A stretch of DNA of 24,000 nt from Bacillus norwichensis (lineage in GTDB: Bacteria > Bacillota > Bacilli > Bacillales > Bacillaceae_C): NCBI RefSeq assembly GCF_014836955.1, contig NZ_JACSPV010000001.1:60765-84764 (forward strand), given 5' to 3'. Numbering within the stretch: position 1 is the first letter of the stretch; every line of letters begins with the position of its first letter. Shown piece by piece: positions 1 through 10,375 of this stretch. The position numbers were made by a program, and so were the translations under genes. The notes beneath the pieces were generated by a model. It saw only the letters and a program-made list of their open reading frames with translations. It searched no databases and was not told the DNA's origin.

Positions 1-72
1 AAAGCGCGATGCTTGACAAATGTTACCGATAGGATATGATTTTTTTGAGATAATGTTGATAAGGAGATTTCT

Positions 73-315
73 ATGGCTAGAATTATAGCACTCATCATGT
101 TGGTCCTTCCTGGCATCTTAGCGGGTTACGGTATAAAATTAATGAGAGATATGCTTTTTGGTATTTTACAACGCCCGTTCCCTTATTTGTGGATGCAGTT
201 TCTCGGCGGTCTGCTTTTTTTTCTAATAGGCTTAGGCTTTATTGGCGGCTTTATTTTACATCGTGATCGAAAAAGAAATAAAGTTCAGGACCGTTTTAAG
301 AAAAAAGCACGGTAA
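73..315 (+). CDS. Small two-TM membrane protein with a basic C-terminus, DUF2627/YqzF-like
   Basis: 80-aa ORF. AAGGAG sits 6 nt upstream of the ATG. Two hydrophobic helices are followed by an HRDRKRNKVQDRFKKK tail. The position next to the yqiK-like gene matches B. subtilis yqzF. Confidence 0.7.
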   Translation: MARIIALIMLVLPGILAGYGIKLMRDMLFGILQRPFPYLWMQFLGGLLFFLIGLGFIGGFILHRDRKRNKVQDRFKKKAR

Positions 316-389
316 GATAAAAATTTGCCGACCCCAAAGAATCATACTTGAGCAAAATCGGCACCATCTTAAATTTTACTATGGCAGAA

Positions 390-638
390 GAAAAGCGCAA
401 GCGTGTTTTATAGGCCCGCGTCGGGGGCAACAAGTGCCGTTTCTTCCTTAGGCCAATTCAGCGGGGTAAATTTGATGCACCTGTTTTTTTCGGTGCAAAA
501 TTAGTCAAGCGCTCAGGAAGGACTTCTGCCTTGCAATGGGCGCTCGCAAACTTTGCACGCAACACCCCTGTCGCTTCGCCTGCACTTCCCGTACGTCGAA
601 CCAATGCTGGTTTATGGAGGTGGGGCAGGACAGGCATC
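390..638. repeat. Full-length copy (A) of a dispersed structured intergenic repeat family; canonical orientation taken as minus
   Basis: Carries all family motifs in order on the plus strand: GAAAAGCGCAAGCG 390-403, ATTCAGCGGGG 456-466, GGGCGCTCGCAAA 538-550, hairpin GCAACACCCCTGTCGC 559-574, GTACGTCG 591-598, ACAGGCATC 630-638. No credible ORF. Confidence 0.45.
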
Positions 639-676
639 ATCTGAAGTTGAGCCTTACTAAATGAAACCTAAATAAA

Positions 677-701
677 AGATCTGCGAAAAGCTTGCAGATC
701 T
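677..701. terminator. Bidirectional rho-independent terminator
   Basis: 8-bp stem AGATCTGC / GCAGATCT with a 9-nt loop. An A-run lies upstream and a T-run downstream. It abuts the stop codon of the minus-strand phosphodiesterase gene. Confidence 0.7.
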
Positions 702-703
702 TT

Positions 704-1435
704 TTATTGATATTGCTCTCTCAGTCGGCAAGCCCTCCCCGGATAATCGGTAATGATTGCTGAACAATTGATGGCAAATAATCTCTTCATATCTTTTTCT
801 TTATTGACTGTATATGGCCTGACAGCAACACCGCAAGCCATGGCATTCTCGATTTCTTGATCGGAAATTGATTTCAATTTTGGATGAATACCACTCGCTC
901 CAAGAGACAGCGCATAGTCCCAAGGCTTGTATAAAGCCTCGTTATATAATGGAGCTGTCACAATTGCAGATTCAATTTCCCTGCAGAAGGCCAAGGAATT
1001 GTGATTGAATGAAGAAATAATCACTCTTTTTTCCAAACAAAACTCGCGTGTCAATGCTATGACTCTTTCTTCCATACCTCTGTAAGGATTGACCGCATTT
1101 TTCAATTCAATATTACATAATAAATTATTTCCTTCAAGCCATTTAAATACTTCGCGCAAGGAAGGGATCCTACAGCTTTTTTTAAAATAGTGAAGGGAAT
1201 GGTAGTTGGCTTTCAATTTAGAGAGCTCGCTGAATGTAAGCTCATTAACATAGCCGCTCCCGTTCGTGGTTCTGTCCACAGTGAGGTCATGAATCACCAC
1301 CACTTCTCCATCCGCTGTTAGTTGTACATCAAGCTCAATCCCGTCTGCCCCATCTGTTTCTGCTGCAATGAAGGCTTCCATCGTATTTTCAGGGTGAGTT
1401 CCTGCAGACCCCCGATGTGCAAAAATAAATGTCAT
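704..1435 (-). CDS. Glycerophosphodiester phosphodiesterase (GDPD family, YqiK-like)
   Basis: 243 aa. N-terminal FAHRG...PENT and ELDVQLT.DG..VV.HD motifs are typical of the GDPD family. Synteny next to spo0A matches B. subtilis yqiK. Confidence 0.9.
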   Translation of the reverse strand: MTFIFAHRGSAGTHPENTMEAFIAAETDGADGIELDVQLTADGEVVVIHDLTVDRTTNGSGYVNELTFSELSKLKANYHSLHYFKKSCRIPSLREVFKWLEGNNLLCNIELKNAVNPYRGMEERVIALTREFCLEKRVIISSFNHNSLAFCREIESAIVTAPLYNEALYKPWDYALSLGASGIHPKLKSISDQEIENAMACGVAVRPYTVNKEKDMKRLFAINCSAIITDYPGRACRLREQYQ

Positions 1436-1526
1436 CTGCTCACCGCCTAAAGTAGGTTAATTACATCATACCCTTTTTAGGCATTATATGCGCGAATAGA
1501 GAATTAGCGAGAGACTCATGAATTTT

Positions 1527-2309
1527 TTAAGAAGCTTTATGCTCTAGTCTTAGCTTATCTGCCACCATCGCAATAAATTCGGAATTTGTAGGTTTAGCCT
1601 TTGACATACTGACCGTATAGCCAAACAGAGAAGAGATCGCATCTATATTCCCGCGGCTCCATGCGACTTCAATAGCATGACGGATCGCCCTTTCAACCCG
1701 ACTTGCTGTCGTATTGAACTTCTTTGCAATGTCTGGGTAGAGGACCTTTGTAATAGCACCCAAAAGCTCAATATCATGATAAACCATTGAAATAGCTTCT
1801 CGTAAATATAAATATCCTTTAATATGTGCAGGTACTCCGATTTCATGAATAACCGACGTGATGCTGGCTTCAAGATTTTGAGGCTTTTTGTCTTCTTGGG
1901 TTTTTACAGACGGACTTGTTTTAAAGGAAGGCATCCCTTTTTCACTAACATCTCGAATGTGATTAGCCAAATATTCCATGTCAAACGGCTTGAGGATGAA
2001 ATAAGAAGCTCCAAGCTCCACTGCTTTTGTCGTCACATCTTCCTGGCCGAAAGCTGTTAGCATGATTACATTTGGGAAACGGATGTTGGAATTCCGCAAC
2101 CTTTCAAGAACTCCAAGGCCGTCCAAATGCGGCATAATAATATCCAGCACTAAAACATCCGGATCCACCTTTTCCAATAGGTTTAGACATTCCTGTCCGT
2201 TGTGAGCGGTTCCAATCACTTCAATATCAGATTGTGTTGACATATAATCTTCTAGTAGAGCGACAAGTTCACGGTTATCATCGGCAAGTACAACTTTTAT
2301 TTTATTCAA
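1527..2309 (-). CDS. spo0A: Sporulation master response regulator Spo0A
   Basis: 260 aa. The receiver domain (DDN...D...PHLDG) and the C-terminal half ([19 protein letters not shown]...[14 protein letters not shown]) are near-identical to B. subtilis Spo0A. TTG start preceded by GGGGAGGAAGAG. Confidence 0.98.
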   Translation of the reverse strand: MNKIKVVLADDNRELVALLEDYMSTQSDIEVIGTAHNGQECLNLLEKVDPDVLVLDIIMPHLDGLGVLERLRNSNIRFPNVIMLTAFGQEDVTTKAVELGASYFILKPFDMEYLANHIRDVSEKGMPSFKTSPSVKTQEDKKPQNLEASITSVIHEIGVPAHIKGYLYLREAISMVYHDIELLGAITKVLYPDIAKKFNTTASRVERAIRHAIEVAWSRGNIDAISSLFGYTVSMSKAKPTNSEFIAMVADKLRLEHKAS

Positions 2310-2454
2310 TTCTCTTCCTCCCCATTATAAAAAAAGAATAAAATTGCTTTTACTATATTCTAACAAACAAATACGCCAATGGAAGGTAAATTCCTTTAAA
2401 TTCTTTTAAAATAAGGAAAAAATACATATAATACTTAAATTTGCTAATTCTTTC

Positions 2455-2500
2455 AGACGAATTCGCCATTTTTTGATAAAATGTACTAATTTTTGTCGAA
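2455..2500 (-). promoter_or_regulatory. Cluster of Spo0A-binding 0A boxes (TGNCGAA) in the spo0A upstream region
   Basis: TGTCGAA at 2494-2500 (plus). TGGCGAA on the minus strand at 2462-2468. This abuts AGACGAA at 2455-2461, giving the palindrome AGACGAATTCGCCA. B. subtilis spo0A is autoregulated through 0A boxes between its two promoters. Confidence 0.5.
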
Positions 2501-2654
2501 TTTTCTTTTTTTCTAAAAAAATAAAGAGTAGGAAAACTGGAAAAACATGGGTAACAGCGCAAGGCGGTCATCCACTTGAATTCAAAACGGAAAAAAATTC
2601 TTCTGCGGCGGTCACCTTTCTCCCATAAAAAAGAGGACGCATAATGCGCCCCCG

Positions 2655-3941
2655 TCAACTGACCTTATCCAAGTTTTGGTGTTCATAAATATCAATGCCC
2701 GCCTCATGCAGCATCCATTCGATATGAACTCCGTAACCGGATGTCGGATCATTTACAAAAACATGGGTGACTGCACCGATTAATTTTCCGTCCTGTATAA
2801 TCGGGCTTCCACTCATCCCTTGAACAATTCCGCCTGTTTTATTCAATAGCCGTTTATCGGTCACTTTTATAACCATTCCTTTTGTTGCCGGAAACTTTTG
2901 TGGAACGGTGCTAACAATCTCAATATCATAAGGTTCTACCTGGTTTCCTTCTACAACCGTCAAAATTTTTGCTGGCCCTTCTTTTACCTGATGAGATAAT
3001 CCAATCGGCATTTCCTTGTCCAATGCCCCATTATTAATGTTCTTCTTTAGTTTCCCGAAAATCCCAAAAGGACTGTTTAAAGTGATATTCCCAATGACAT
3101 CACGGTTTCCTGAAAAACGAGCCAATTTTTCTCCAGGGTTACCATTTTTCCCTTTTTCAATAGCTGTTACAGTCGATTTTACAATTTGCCCATTTTCAAC
3201 AACGATTGGCTTTTTTGTGTCAATATCTGAAATGACATGACCCAAAGCCCCGTATTTTTTTGATTTTGGTTCATAAAAAGTCATTGTACCGATGCCGGCA
3301 GCAGAGTCCCTTATATATAAACCCAATTTATATTCTTGTTCCTTTTCATCCTTCAGCGGCAGCAGCTTTGTTTGAAATTTCTCTTTTTCACGCTGTACAG
3401 TCAGATCTAGTGCTTTACCGCTCTTTCCCGCATCTTCCACAAACGGAGCCACCTGTTCCATTTTCTTAATTTCTTTTCCGTTGATTTTTGTAATAATGTC
3501 CCCCACCTGAATTCCTGCATCTTCGCCTGGAGAGCCCTTCTCCGATTTTGTCGAAACTAGATGATGCCCAACAACAAGGACTCCAAGGGTATTAAGCCTA
3601 ACCCCGATTGATTGACCGCCAGGGAAAACCTTAAAGTTTTTCAGGACATTTACATCAACTTTTTTCACAGGCAATCCAGCTATTTGTAGAAAAAGCTCGT
3701 CTTTTCCAGGAGCTTCAGCGGTTAATGAAACAGATTTTGCCTGTTCCGAATACGTAAAGTTCTCAGGAGAATCTGCCATTGTCGAGACGGCTGCACCTTT
3801 AGGAATGATCTGCTCCTGTCCTTCCAGCAATGTAATATTTGACGGGATATTAACATATTGCTGAAAAGGCTTGGAAAAGCCTAGAAGAAGAAGTGAAACA
3901 AGGAGAAGTCCACCTATCAATTGTCTAAGTCGATCTTTCAT
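2655..3941 (-). CDS. spoIVB: SpoIVB signalling serine peptidase (PDZ plus S55 peptidase)
   Basis: 428 aa. Long identical blocks to B. subtilis SpoIVB ([55 protein letters not shown]). Confidence 0.97.
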   Translation of the reverse strand: MKDRLRQLIGGLLLVSLLLLGFSKPFQQYVNIPSNITLLEGQEQIIPKGAAVSTMADSPENFTYSEQAKSVSLTAEAPGKDELFLQIAGLPVKKVDVNVLKNFKVFPGGQSIGVRLNTLGVLVVGHHLVSTKSEKGSPGEDAGIQVGDIITKINGKEIKKMEQVAPFVEDAGKSGKALDLTVQREKEKFQTKLLPLKDEKEQEYKLGLYIRDSAAGIGTMTFYEPKSKKYGALGHVISDIDTKKPIVVENGQIVKSTVTAIEKGKNGNPGEKLARFSGNRDVIGNITLNSPFGIFGKLKKNINNGALDKEMPIGLSHQVKEGPAKILTVVEGNQVEPYDIEIVSTVPQKFPATKGMVIKVTDKRLLNKTGGIVQGMSGSPIIQDGKLIGAVTHVFVNDPTSGYGVHIEWMLHEAGIDIYEHQNLDKVS

Positions 3942-4061
3942 ACGTCCATTTTCACTCTCCTCGCCTTCTAGTCCACAGTTATAATTTGACCTCAGGAGCC
4001 TGCATTTATAACCAGGAGCGTGAAAAAAAGATGTCCAATGAAGGATAGGATTACAAGCTTT

Positions 4062-5744
4062 TTAATTATTTTTCAATGTATAGGCAAACTCGACCAATTC
4101 TTTGGCATGCTTTTTCGTAATCGTGGTGATTTCAGTTCCGGCTATCATGCGGCCAATTTCATTTATTTTCTCGGCTTTATCAAGGTTTTTGATTGCTGTC
4201 CGCGTTCTTCCCTCAGTGATCTTCTTCGAAATAAGCAAATGTGTATCAGCCATTGCCGCTACCTGCGGCAAGTGTGATATACAAAGAACTTGCGAGTAAT
4301 TTGAGATTTGGTGAATTTTTTCGGCCATGGCCTGAGCCACTCTGCCGCTGACCCCGGTATCCACTTCATCAAAGATAACAGATGTGACCCTCTTTGAAAA
4401 AATGGTTTTAAGGGCTAGCATAATTCTCGACAATTCTCCTCCCGACGCTACTTTCGATAAGAGCTTCAACGGTTCTCCCGGATTAGTGGAAAGGTAAAAT
4501 TGCACATCATCCAATCCGTTTATGTTCTCGTCCTGCTTTTGAAAAATAACGTCAAAAACAGTCTTATCCATATACAACACTTTCAATTCCTTTTGAATAG
4601 CGCTTTTTAGTTTCTCTGCCCACTTTTTGCGAAGTTTGCTTAATTGAGTCCCAATCTCCAGAACTTCCTCCCTGAGGGAAGCATGTACTTCTTGGAGCTG
4701 TTCAATCCGGCTGTCACGGTGAATGATTGATTCCGCTTCTTCCTTTATCTTTTCCAAATAATCAAGAATATCCTCAACTGTAAAGCCATATTTCCGTTTA
4801 AGCTGATTGATTTCATTCAACCTAATTTCAATTTCGTTTAATCTTTGAGAGTCAAACTCCAATAAATCAAGTTCGTTTCTCAGTACCCTAGCTGTATCTT
4901 CAAGTAAATAAAAACTGTTTGAAACCGATTCGAACATGGCTTTGTAATTATTGTCGATTTCCGCTGCTGTTTCTAGAACACTCATGGCTTGTCCGACAAA
5001 ATCCAACCCTTTTTGATCTTCTTGAAGATTTTCATACCCAGCTTTCAACGATTCAAACAGTTTTTCATAATTGACCAAACGCTTTCTTTCTTCCTCAAGT
5101 ATTTCATCTTCATTTAACTTTAAACCGGCTTTCTCAATCTCTTGCACTTGAAACTGCAACAGATCAAGCCTTTGGGCCATCTGTTGTTCATTTTTACTCA
5201 ATTCGCTGATTTTCTTTTCGACATCAACCAGTTCAGCGTATTTTTTTCGGTAATCAATCAGTGACTTGGCTATTTCATCCTTGCCAAATTCGTCAAGCAG
5301 AAATAAGTGCATGGATTCATTCATCAATTCCTGATGCTCATGCTGGCCATGGATATCAATCAGCATGCTTCCTAGATCCCTCAAAACGGTCAATGTCACA
5401 AGCTTTCCGTTGATTCGACAGACACTTTTTCCACTGTTTGAAATTTCACGGCGAAGAACCAACATCCCCTCTTCGATTTCAATGCCCAATTCGGCAGCTT
5501 TTGCATAGCAGGTATGATTATCATGAACGAAAAAAAGACCTTCAATCTCCGCTTTTGGCTTGCCGTGCCTGACATATTCCGCGGAACCGCGGCCTCCTAC
5601 CAATAAATGGATCGCATCAATGATAATGGATTTTCCAGCTCCTGTTTCTCCCGTTAAAACTGTCAGTCCCTCGGAGAATGAAATGGATATCTGCTCAATG
5701 ATTGCAAAGTTTCTGATCGTCAACTCCTGTAGCAAAGACTCCAC
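4062..5744 (-). CDS. recN: DNA repair protein RecN
   Basis: 560 aa. N-terminal Walker A (LTGETGAGKSIIIDA), long coiled-coil middle, C-terminal SGGELSR signature. The start is uncertain: GTG at 5744, or TTG at 5735 downstream of GGGGTGGAG. Confidence 0.96.
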   Translation of the reverse strand: MESLLQELTIRNFAIIEQISISFSEGLTVLTGETGAGKSIIIDAIHLLVGGRGSAEYVRHGKPKAEIEGLFFVHDNHTCYAKAAELGIEIEEGMLVLRREISNSGKSVCRINGKLVTLTVLRDLGSMLIDIHGQHEHQELMNESMHLFLLDEFGKDEIAKSLIDYRKKYAELVDVEKKISELSKNEQQMAQRLDLLQFQVQEIEKAGLKLNEDEILEEERKRLVNYEKLFESLKAGYENLQEDQKGLDFVGQAMSVLETAAEIDNNYKAMFESVSNSFYLLEDTARVLRNELDLLEFDSQRLNEIEIRLNEINQLKRKYGFTVEDILDYLEKIKEEAESIIHRDSRIEQLQEVHASLREEVLEIGTQLSKLRKKWAEKLKSAIQKELKVLYMDKTVFDVIFQKQDENINGLDDVQFYLSTNPGEPLKLLSKVASGGELSRIMLALKTIFSKRVTSVIFDEVDTGVSGRVAQAMAEKIHQISNYSQVLCISHLPQVAAMADTHLLISKKITEGRTRTAIKNLDKAEKINEIGRMIAGTEITTITKKHAKELVEFAYTLKNN

Positions 5745-5750
5745 CCCTAA

Positions 5751-6200
5751 TTAAAGCATGTTAATAAAACGTTCATTGATATCTTTTGCATTTTCGCCTG
5801 TTCTGCAAATGATGAGACATGTATCGTCACCACATATACATCCCATGATTTGGTCCCAATCCAGATTATCAATCAGTGCTCCAATTGCCTGCGCATTACC
5901 AGGAAGCGTTTTCAGGACCAGAAGGTTTTCCGTACTATCAATACTGACAAAAGAATCCGTCAGCGAGCGCTTCAATTTTTGCAGCGGGTTAAAACGTTGA
6001 TCCGCCGGAAGACTATATTTATAACGGCCATCCGGCAAAGGTACCTTCACAAGATGCAACTCTTTAATATCCCGGGAAACAGTTGCCTGTGTCACGTTAA
6101 AACCTTGATTTTTAAGGTAATCCACCAATTCATCCTGCGTTTCGATTTCTTTATTTCCAATTACTTCACGAATTTTTAAATGCCGTCGTCCTTTGCTCAA
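5751..6200 (-). CDS. argR: Arginine repressor ArgR/AhrC
   Basis: Strong match to B. subtilis AhrC ([40 protein letters not shown]). Start moved from the track ATG at 6218 to TTG at 6200. That codon is preceded by GGGGTGGG and gives 149 aa, the same length as AhrC. Confidence 0.93.
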   Translation of the reverse strand: MSKGRRHLKIREVIGNKEIETQDELVDYLKNQGFNVTQATVSRDIKELHLVKVPLPDGRYKYSLPADQRFNPLQKLKRSLTDSFVSIDSTENLLVLKTLPGNAQAIGALIDNLDWDQIMGCICGDDTCLIICRTGENAKDINERFINML

Positions 6201-6367
6201 ATTACCCACCCCGTTCATTTTACAGCGTATTGTATTTTTATACGTTCACTATCAAGTATTATAATGAACACAAAACAATGGCGCAAGCGACTATTAGTTG
6301 ATGTAAAGAGAATCACTATTAAGCCTGCTGCCGATTTATTCAAGAAAAAAAGGCAATCCTGATTAGA

Positions 6368-7210
6368 TTACCCCTTTTCCACGTTTATTTTATTCAAATG
6401 CTCATGGGCATCTTTTACCACATTGGCTGCCGTTACCTGACTCTTATCAGTTCCAGAGCCCTGGCCGCCTTCCCACTTCAAGTGAATTAAAAATTCAATA
6501 TTCCCTTCTCCACCAGTAATAGGCGAGAAAGAAAGGTCCATGACTTCATAGCCTTCTTTGATCGCAATGTCCTTAATTTTCTGTATGACTTCTTCATGAA
6601 TTTTCGGATCACGAACAATACCTTTTTTTCCCACCTGCTCTTTTCCTGCTTCAAACTGCGGTTTGATAAGAGCAACTACATCGCTGTGCGGAACAAGCAA
6701 TGTTTTTAAAACAGGCAATATTAACCTTAGAGAGATAAATGAAACATCAATGGAAGCGAAATCCGGTTTATTACCTGGAAAATCTTCGGGGGTCACATAT
6801 CGGAAGTTTGTCCTTTCCATAACAACCACACGATCATCCTGACGCAGCTTCCATGCGAGCTGGTTATACCCTACATCAAGTGCATAGGACATTGTAGCAC
6901 CATGCTGCAGCGCGCAGTCTGTAAACCCCCCTGTAGACGCCCCAATATCTAGCAGCGTTTTGTCTTTGACCGTGAGTTTAAACGTTTTTAGGGCCTTTTC
7001 CAACTTTAATCCGCCCCTGCTTACATAGGGCATTTGGCTGCCTTTGACTTTTAGCGGGATATCCGCAATCACTTTCTCCCCAGGTTTGTCCAACCTTGTT
7101 TCATTAGAAAAAACAAGACCTGCCATAATGGCTCTCTTTGCTTTTTCCCTTGTTTCAATCAATCCTCTTTCAACTAATAAAACATCAAGTCTTTGCTTAC
7201 TTACTTTCAT
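6368..7210 (-). CDS. tlyA: TlyA-family rRNA 2'-O-methyltransferase (YqxC-like), S4 domain plus FtsJ-like methyltransferase
   Basis: 280 aa. N-terminal S4-like RLDVLLVERGL and the SAM motif LDIGASTGGFTD. Synteny between dxs and argR matches B. subtilis yqxC. Confidence 0.9.
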   Translation of the reverse strand: MKVSKQRLDVLLVERGLIETREKAKRAIMAGLVFSNETRLDKPGEKVIADIPLKVKGSQMPYVSRGGLKLEKALKTFKLTVKDKTLLDIGASTGGFTDCALQHGATMSYALDVGYNQLAWKLRQDDRVVVMERTNFRYVTPEDFPGNKPDFASIDVSFISLRLILPVLKTLLVPHSDVVALIKPQFEAGKEQVGKKGIVRDPKIHEEVIQKIKDIAIKEGYEVMDLSFSPITGGEGNIEFLIHLKWEGGQGSGTDKSQVTAANVVKDAHEHLNKINVEKG

Positions 7211-7214
7211 CTAT

Positions 7215-9107
7215 TCAAGCCCTTTTTTGTTTTTTTGGCATAAGTGACTTTATTTTAACCACTATATTGTCCGGAGTCATTCCTATTTCATTGAGAAGTT
7301 CCTTGACACTTCCATGTTCGATAAATCGGTCAGGTATACCTAAACGATCTATAAATGCATGCTGGTAACCATTGTCATGAGCAAACTCTAAAACAGCACT
7401 TCCGAACCCACCTTGAAGAACCGCTTCTTCAATCGTAAGAACTGGAAGATGCGCTCGAAAAATGTCATGCAGCATAGCTTCATCCATTGGTTTGATGAAG
7501 CGCGCATTGACGACCTGAACAGATATACCTTGTTTTTCCAAACGGTTAGCTGCCTCGAGTGCCATTGGAATCGTCGTGCCAAATGTCAAAATGGCTGCAT
7601 CTTTTCCCTTCCTTAACACTTCCCAGGATCCAATCGGAATTTGCTTCAATTCTTGATCCATTGGTACCCCAGAACCATTGCCGCGAGGGAAACGAAGGGT
7701 AATCGGACCATCATCATATTTCAAAGCCGTGTTAACCATATGCTGGCCTTCATTTTCATCCTTAGGCATCATTAAGACCATATTCGGCAAATTTCGTAAA
7801 AAAGCTATGTCGAATACGCCCTGATGCGTCTCCCCATCAGCGCCAACAAGACCTGCCCGGTCCACACCAATAAACACGTTCAGGTTTTGCCTGCTTATGT
7901 CATGTAGTACCTGGTCATAGGCTCTTTGCAAGAAAGTGGAATATATAGCCAAAAAAGGCTTCATTTTTTGTGTAGCTAATCCAGCGGCCATGGTTGCAGC
8001 GTGCTGTTCTGCTATCCCTACATCAAACATCCTGTCTGGAAATTCAGAAGCAAAGCCTTCAAGCTTTGAACCGACTGGCATAGCTGGGGTAATGGCTACA
8101 ATCCGCTCATCCTCCCTAGCAAGCTTCCTGACAGTTTCACTTACCAGAGCGCTCCATGCTGGAGGAGTATTAACAGGTTTAATAAAGTCCCCTGTATCAA
8201 TTTTATACTGGCCTGTTCCATGCCAGTTACCGATTTTATCGTGCTCGGCTGGGCTGTATCCCTTCCCTTTTTTTGTAATAACATGTAGGAGGACAGGGCC
8301 TTTTGTTTTCTTGGCATAGGCTAGGTTTTCAAATAAAGCATCATAGTCGTGTCCATCGACAGGTCCAAGATAAGTAAAGCCAAGCTCTTCAAAAAATATG
8401 CCAGATACAAGCATATATTTCAAGCTGTCCTTTACTTTTTCTGCCGTAGCAGCCAGCTTCCCGCCAACAGCAGGAATCTTCTTCAATAAATAATCTAATT
8501 CTTCCTTCGCCCATTTATATTTTCCGGCTGTCCGAAGCCTTCCAAGGACATTGTGCAATGCCCCTACGTTAGGCGCAATCGACATTTCATTGTCATTCAG
8601 TACAACAATCATATCTTTTTGTTCATGTCCAATATGGTTCAAGGCCTCCAAAGCCATTCCACCGGTAAGCGCTCCATCACCAATGACAGGAATCACATAG
8701 CTATTTTCTTTTTTTACATCTCTCGCGATGGCCATCCCCATAGCAGCGGACAAGGAAGTTGAGCTATGACCCGTTTCCCATACATCATGCTCGCTTTCCG
8801 ACATCTTTGGAAATCCGCATAATCCTTGATATTGGCGTAAAGTATCGAATTGGCTGGCCCTTCCCGTTAGAATTTTATGAACATAAGATTGGTGGCCAAC
8901 ATCCCAGATAATCTTATCTTTTGGGCTGTCAAAGCATCTATGAAGGGCAATGGTCAGCTCGACCACTCCCAAATTCGGACCGATATGTCCGCCGGTTTTT
9001 GACAAGGTTTCTATAAGGAAATGTCTAATGTCGGAGCTCAATTCCTCCAATTGTTCTTTGTTCAGACCTTTAAGAAAAGAAGGATCTTTAATTGACATGA
9101 GATCCAA
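7215..9107 (-). CDS. dxs: 1-deoxy-D-xylulose-5-phosphate synthase
   Basis: Full-length match to Dxs ([32 protein letters not shown] and transketolase motifs). The track start is GTG at 9116, immediately after the upstream TGA. TTG at 9107 reproduces the B. subtilis N-terminus MDL.SI.DPSFLK and lies 6 nt after GTGAGTG. Confidence 0.95.
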   Translation of the reverse strand: MDLMSIKDPSFLKGLNKEQLEELSSDIRHFLIETLSKTGGHIGPNLGVVELTIALHRCFDSPKDKIIWDVGHQSYVHKILTGRASQFDTLRQYQGLCGFPKMSESEHDVWETGHSSTSLSAAMGMAIARDVKKENSYVIPVIGDGALTGGMALEALNHIGHEQKDMIVVLNDNEMSIAPNVGALHNVLGRLRTAGKYKWAKEELDYLLKKIPAVGGKLAATAEKVKDSLKYMLVSGIFFEELGFTYLGPVDGHDYDALFENLAYAKKTKGPVLLHVITKKGKGYSPAEHDKIGNWHGTGQYKIDTGDFIKPVNTPPAWSALVSETVRKLAREDERIVAITPAMPVGSKLEGFASEFPDRMFDVGIAEQHAATMAAGLATQKMKPFLAIYSTFLQRAYDQVLHDISRQNLNVFIGVDRAGLVGADGETHQGVFDIAFLRNLPNMVLMMPKDENEGQHMVNTALKYDDGPITLRFPRGNGSGVPMDQELKQIPIGSWEVLRKGKDAAILTFGTTIPMALEAANRLEKQGISVQVVNARFIKPMDEAMLHDIFRAHLPVLTIEEAVLQGGFGSAVLEFAHDNGYQHAFIDRLGIPDRFIEHGSVKELLNEIGMTPDNIVVKIKSLMPKKQKRA

Positions 9108-9116
9108 AAGGATCAC

Positions 9117-9731
9117 TCACTTTCGTTTCTTGTTTTTTTGCTTCGTTTTTTTCTTCTTATTGTCTTTAATGATTGAAAGATGAAATCTCTCTTCAAGAAA
9201 TTGCATCAACTTTCCCACACGAAATATTATATCCCGTGAGTGCGAAATGGCAAAAGATTTGCCAAGCGCTTTTCCGCCTAATGTCAATGCTGCAATAAGG
9301 CTTGTCAGTCCAACGTTTATTGCATATTCGGCTGGAGAAGCACTGGATAGACCAGCACTTTGGGCTATTTGGATGACAACGAGCGCAGCAGCCGTCCCGC
9401 TGATGATGCCGGATATATCCCCTATTACATCATTGCAAAAGCTTGCGACACGGTCGGCATTCCTTACAATACGTATGGAATGTTTAGCGCCGTATATCTT
9501 TCTTGAAGCCATCGAATGGAATGGAGTTTCATTTGCGGCAGCTGCAGCAATCCCAATCATATCAAAAAAGATCCCAATTAATACAATAAACAGTACAACA
9601 AGAAGACCATAGGTCCACGATACTCCAATCAGTATACCATTGGAAGCAATTGAAAAAATAGCCGCTAACACGAAAGTGATAACGGCAATGCTAATACTCC
9701 ATTTTATGGAATTTTTTATCAATTCATTCAT
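9117..9731 (-). CDS. oapA: Four-TM membrane protein with a lysine-rich tail; candidate OLE-associated protein OapA
   Basis: 204 aa (about 22 kDa). Four predicted TM helices. Lies directly downstream of the candidate OLE RNA and directly upstream of dxs, at a junction where B. subtilis has no gene. Published OapA is a roughly 21-kDa 4-TM protein in exactly this position. Homology was not verified by search. Confidence 0.7.
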   Translation of the reverse strand: MNELIKNSIKWSISIAVITFVLAAIFSIASNGILIGVSWTYGLLVVLFIVLIGIFFDMIGIAAAAANETPFHSMASRKIYGAKHSIRIVRNADRVASFCNDVIGDISGIISGTAAALVVIQIAQSAGLSSASPAEYAINVGLTSLIAALTLGGKALGKSFAISHSRDIIFRVGKLMQFLEERFHLSIIKDNKKKKTKQKNKKRK

Positions 9732-9774
9732 AATAAACGTTCATTCACCGTTCTTCTTCATTAGCTTGGATGGT

Positions 9775-10370
9775 CATAAGAAGAGTAAAAATTACGGCTT
9801 AGGTCCAGTAGGTTTTCCCAGATAGGTACCGCATGTCGCCATAACGGCGGTTTCCCTTTAAACCCATCTTGGCATTGTCACCAAATGCCAGACTGGATTG
9901 CCACTTAGTCCGTACTCTAATCCCCTTCATATGTCCCTTGGAACAGTCTAGGAGATTTCCTCAACAGCCTTTAACCTAGTTCCTAGCCTCTTTTGCAAAA
10001 CTGATTTCATATGGACTGAAGAAATCAGCACGATGGCCAACCGAACTGTTTTCTTATAACCATAATCCCCTCAAGCTTCACTCAAGGCAGGCTACGCTGC
10101 TAGTGATGCCCTTCATCACGTTGCAGGTCTATACTTCACTTTCGCGCAATGCATTTAAGCTAGCCGAACATAGCGAAGCCTCCACGGTAAAAGGGGCTAC
10201 GCCCACATGCCTTTGCGGATCGCCCTTATACCTTTACTCCCAGCTCCAACCCAAGGCTAGGCTCCTCAAGCCGAAACAAGGAACTTCATCGATGTGCCCT
10301 TTAGTGAATTTTTAGGCTCACCTTCAGAACCGGTAGACCGACTAGAATACTGCACCATCCGATAATCTGC
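9775..10370 (-). ncRNA. ole: Candidate OLE (ornate, large, extremophilic) RNA; boundaries approximate
   Basis: The 682-nt gap between ispA and the 4-TM ORF has no credible ORF. Context is xseA-xseB-ispA-[RNA]-[4TM]-dxs-tlyA...recN. Several perfect hairpins: 9871-9889 (6 bp), 10001-10028 (8 bp), 10103-10119 (6 bp), 9836-9850. A strong promoter lies just upstream. The expected size of about 600 nt fits. Confidence 0.78.
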
Positions 10371-10375
10371 AAAAA

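Noticed and set aside
242-640. 69-aa (+) and 60-aa (-) ORFs in the gap after the DUF2627-like gene
   Set aside because: Neither has an SD. The plus ORF overlaps the end of the real gene out of frame. Both translate repeat sequence into basic or low-complexity peptides.
2353-2658. 101-aa minus-strand ORF upstream of spo0A
   Set aside because: It occupies the AT-rich spo0A promoter and 0A-box region, has no SD, and overlaps the spoIVB stop. Its composition (poly-F/K/Y) reflects AT-rich non-coding DNA.
6201-6367. Terminator after the tlyA-family gene (T8 run at about 6343-6350 on the minus strand)
   Set aside because: The preceding stem is only 4 bp (AATC/GATT), so it is too weak to call. The genes may be co-transcribed.
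10103-10315. 70-aa plus-strand ORF inside the ispA-oapA gap
   Set aside because: It lies antisense within the candidate OLE RNA and has no SD. Its reading frame is an expected by-product of a GC-richer structured RNA.
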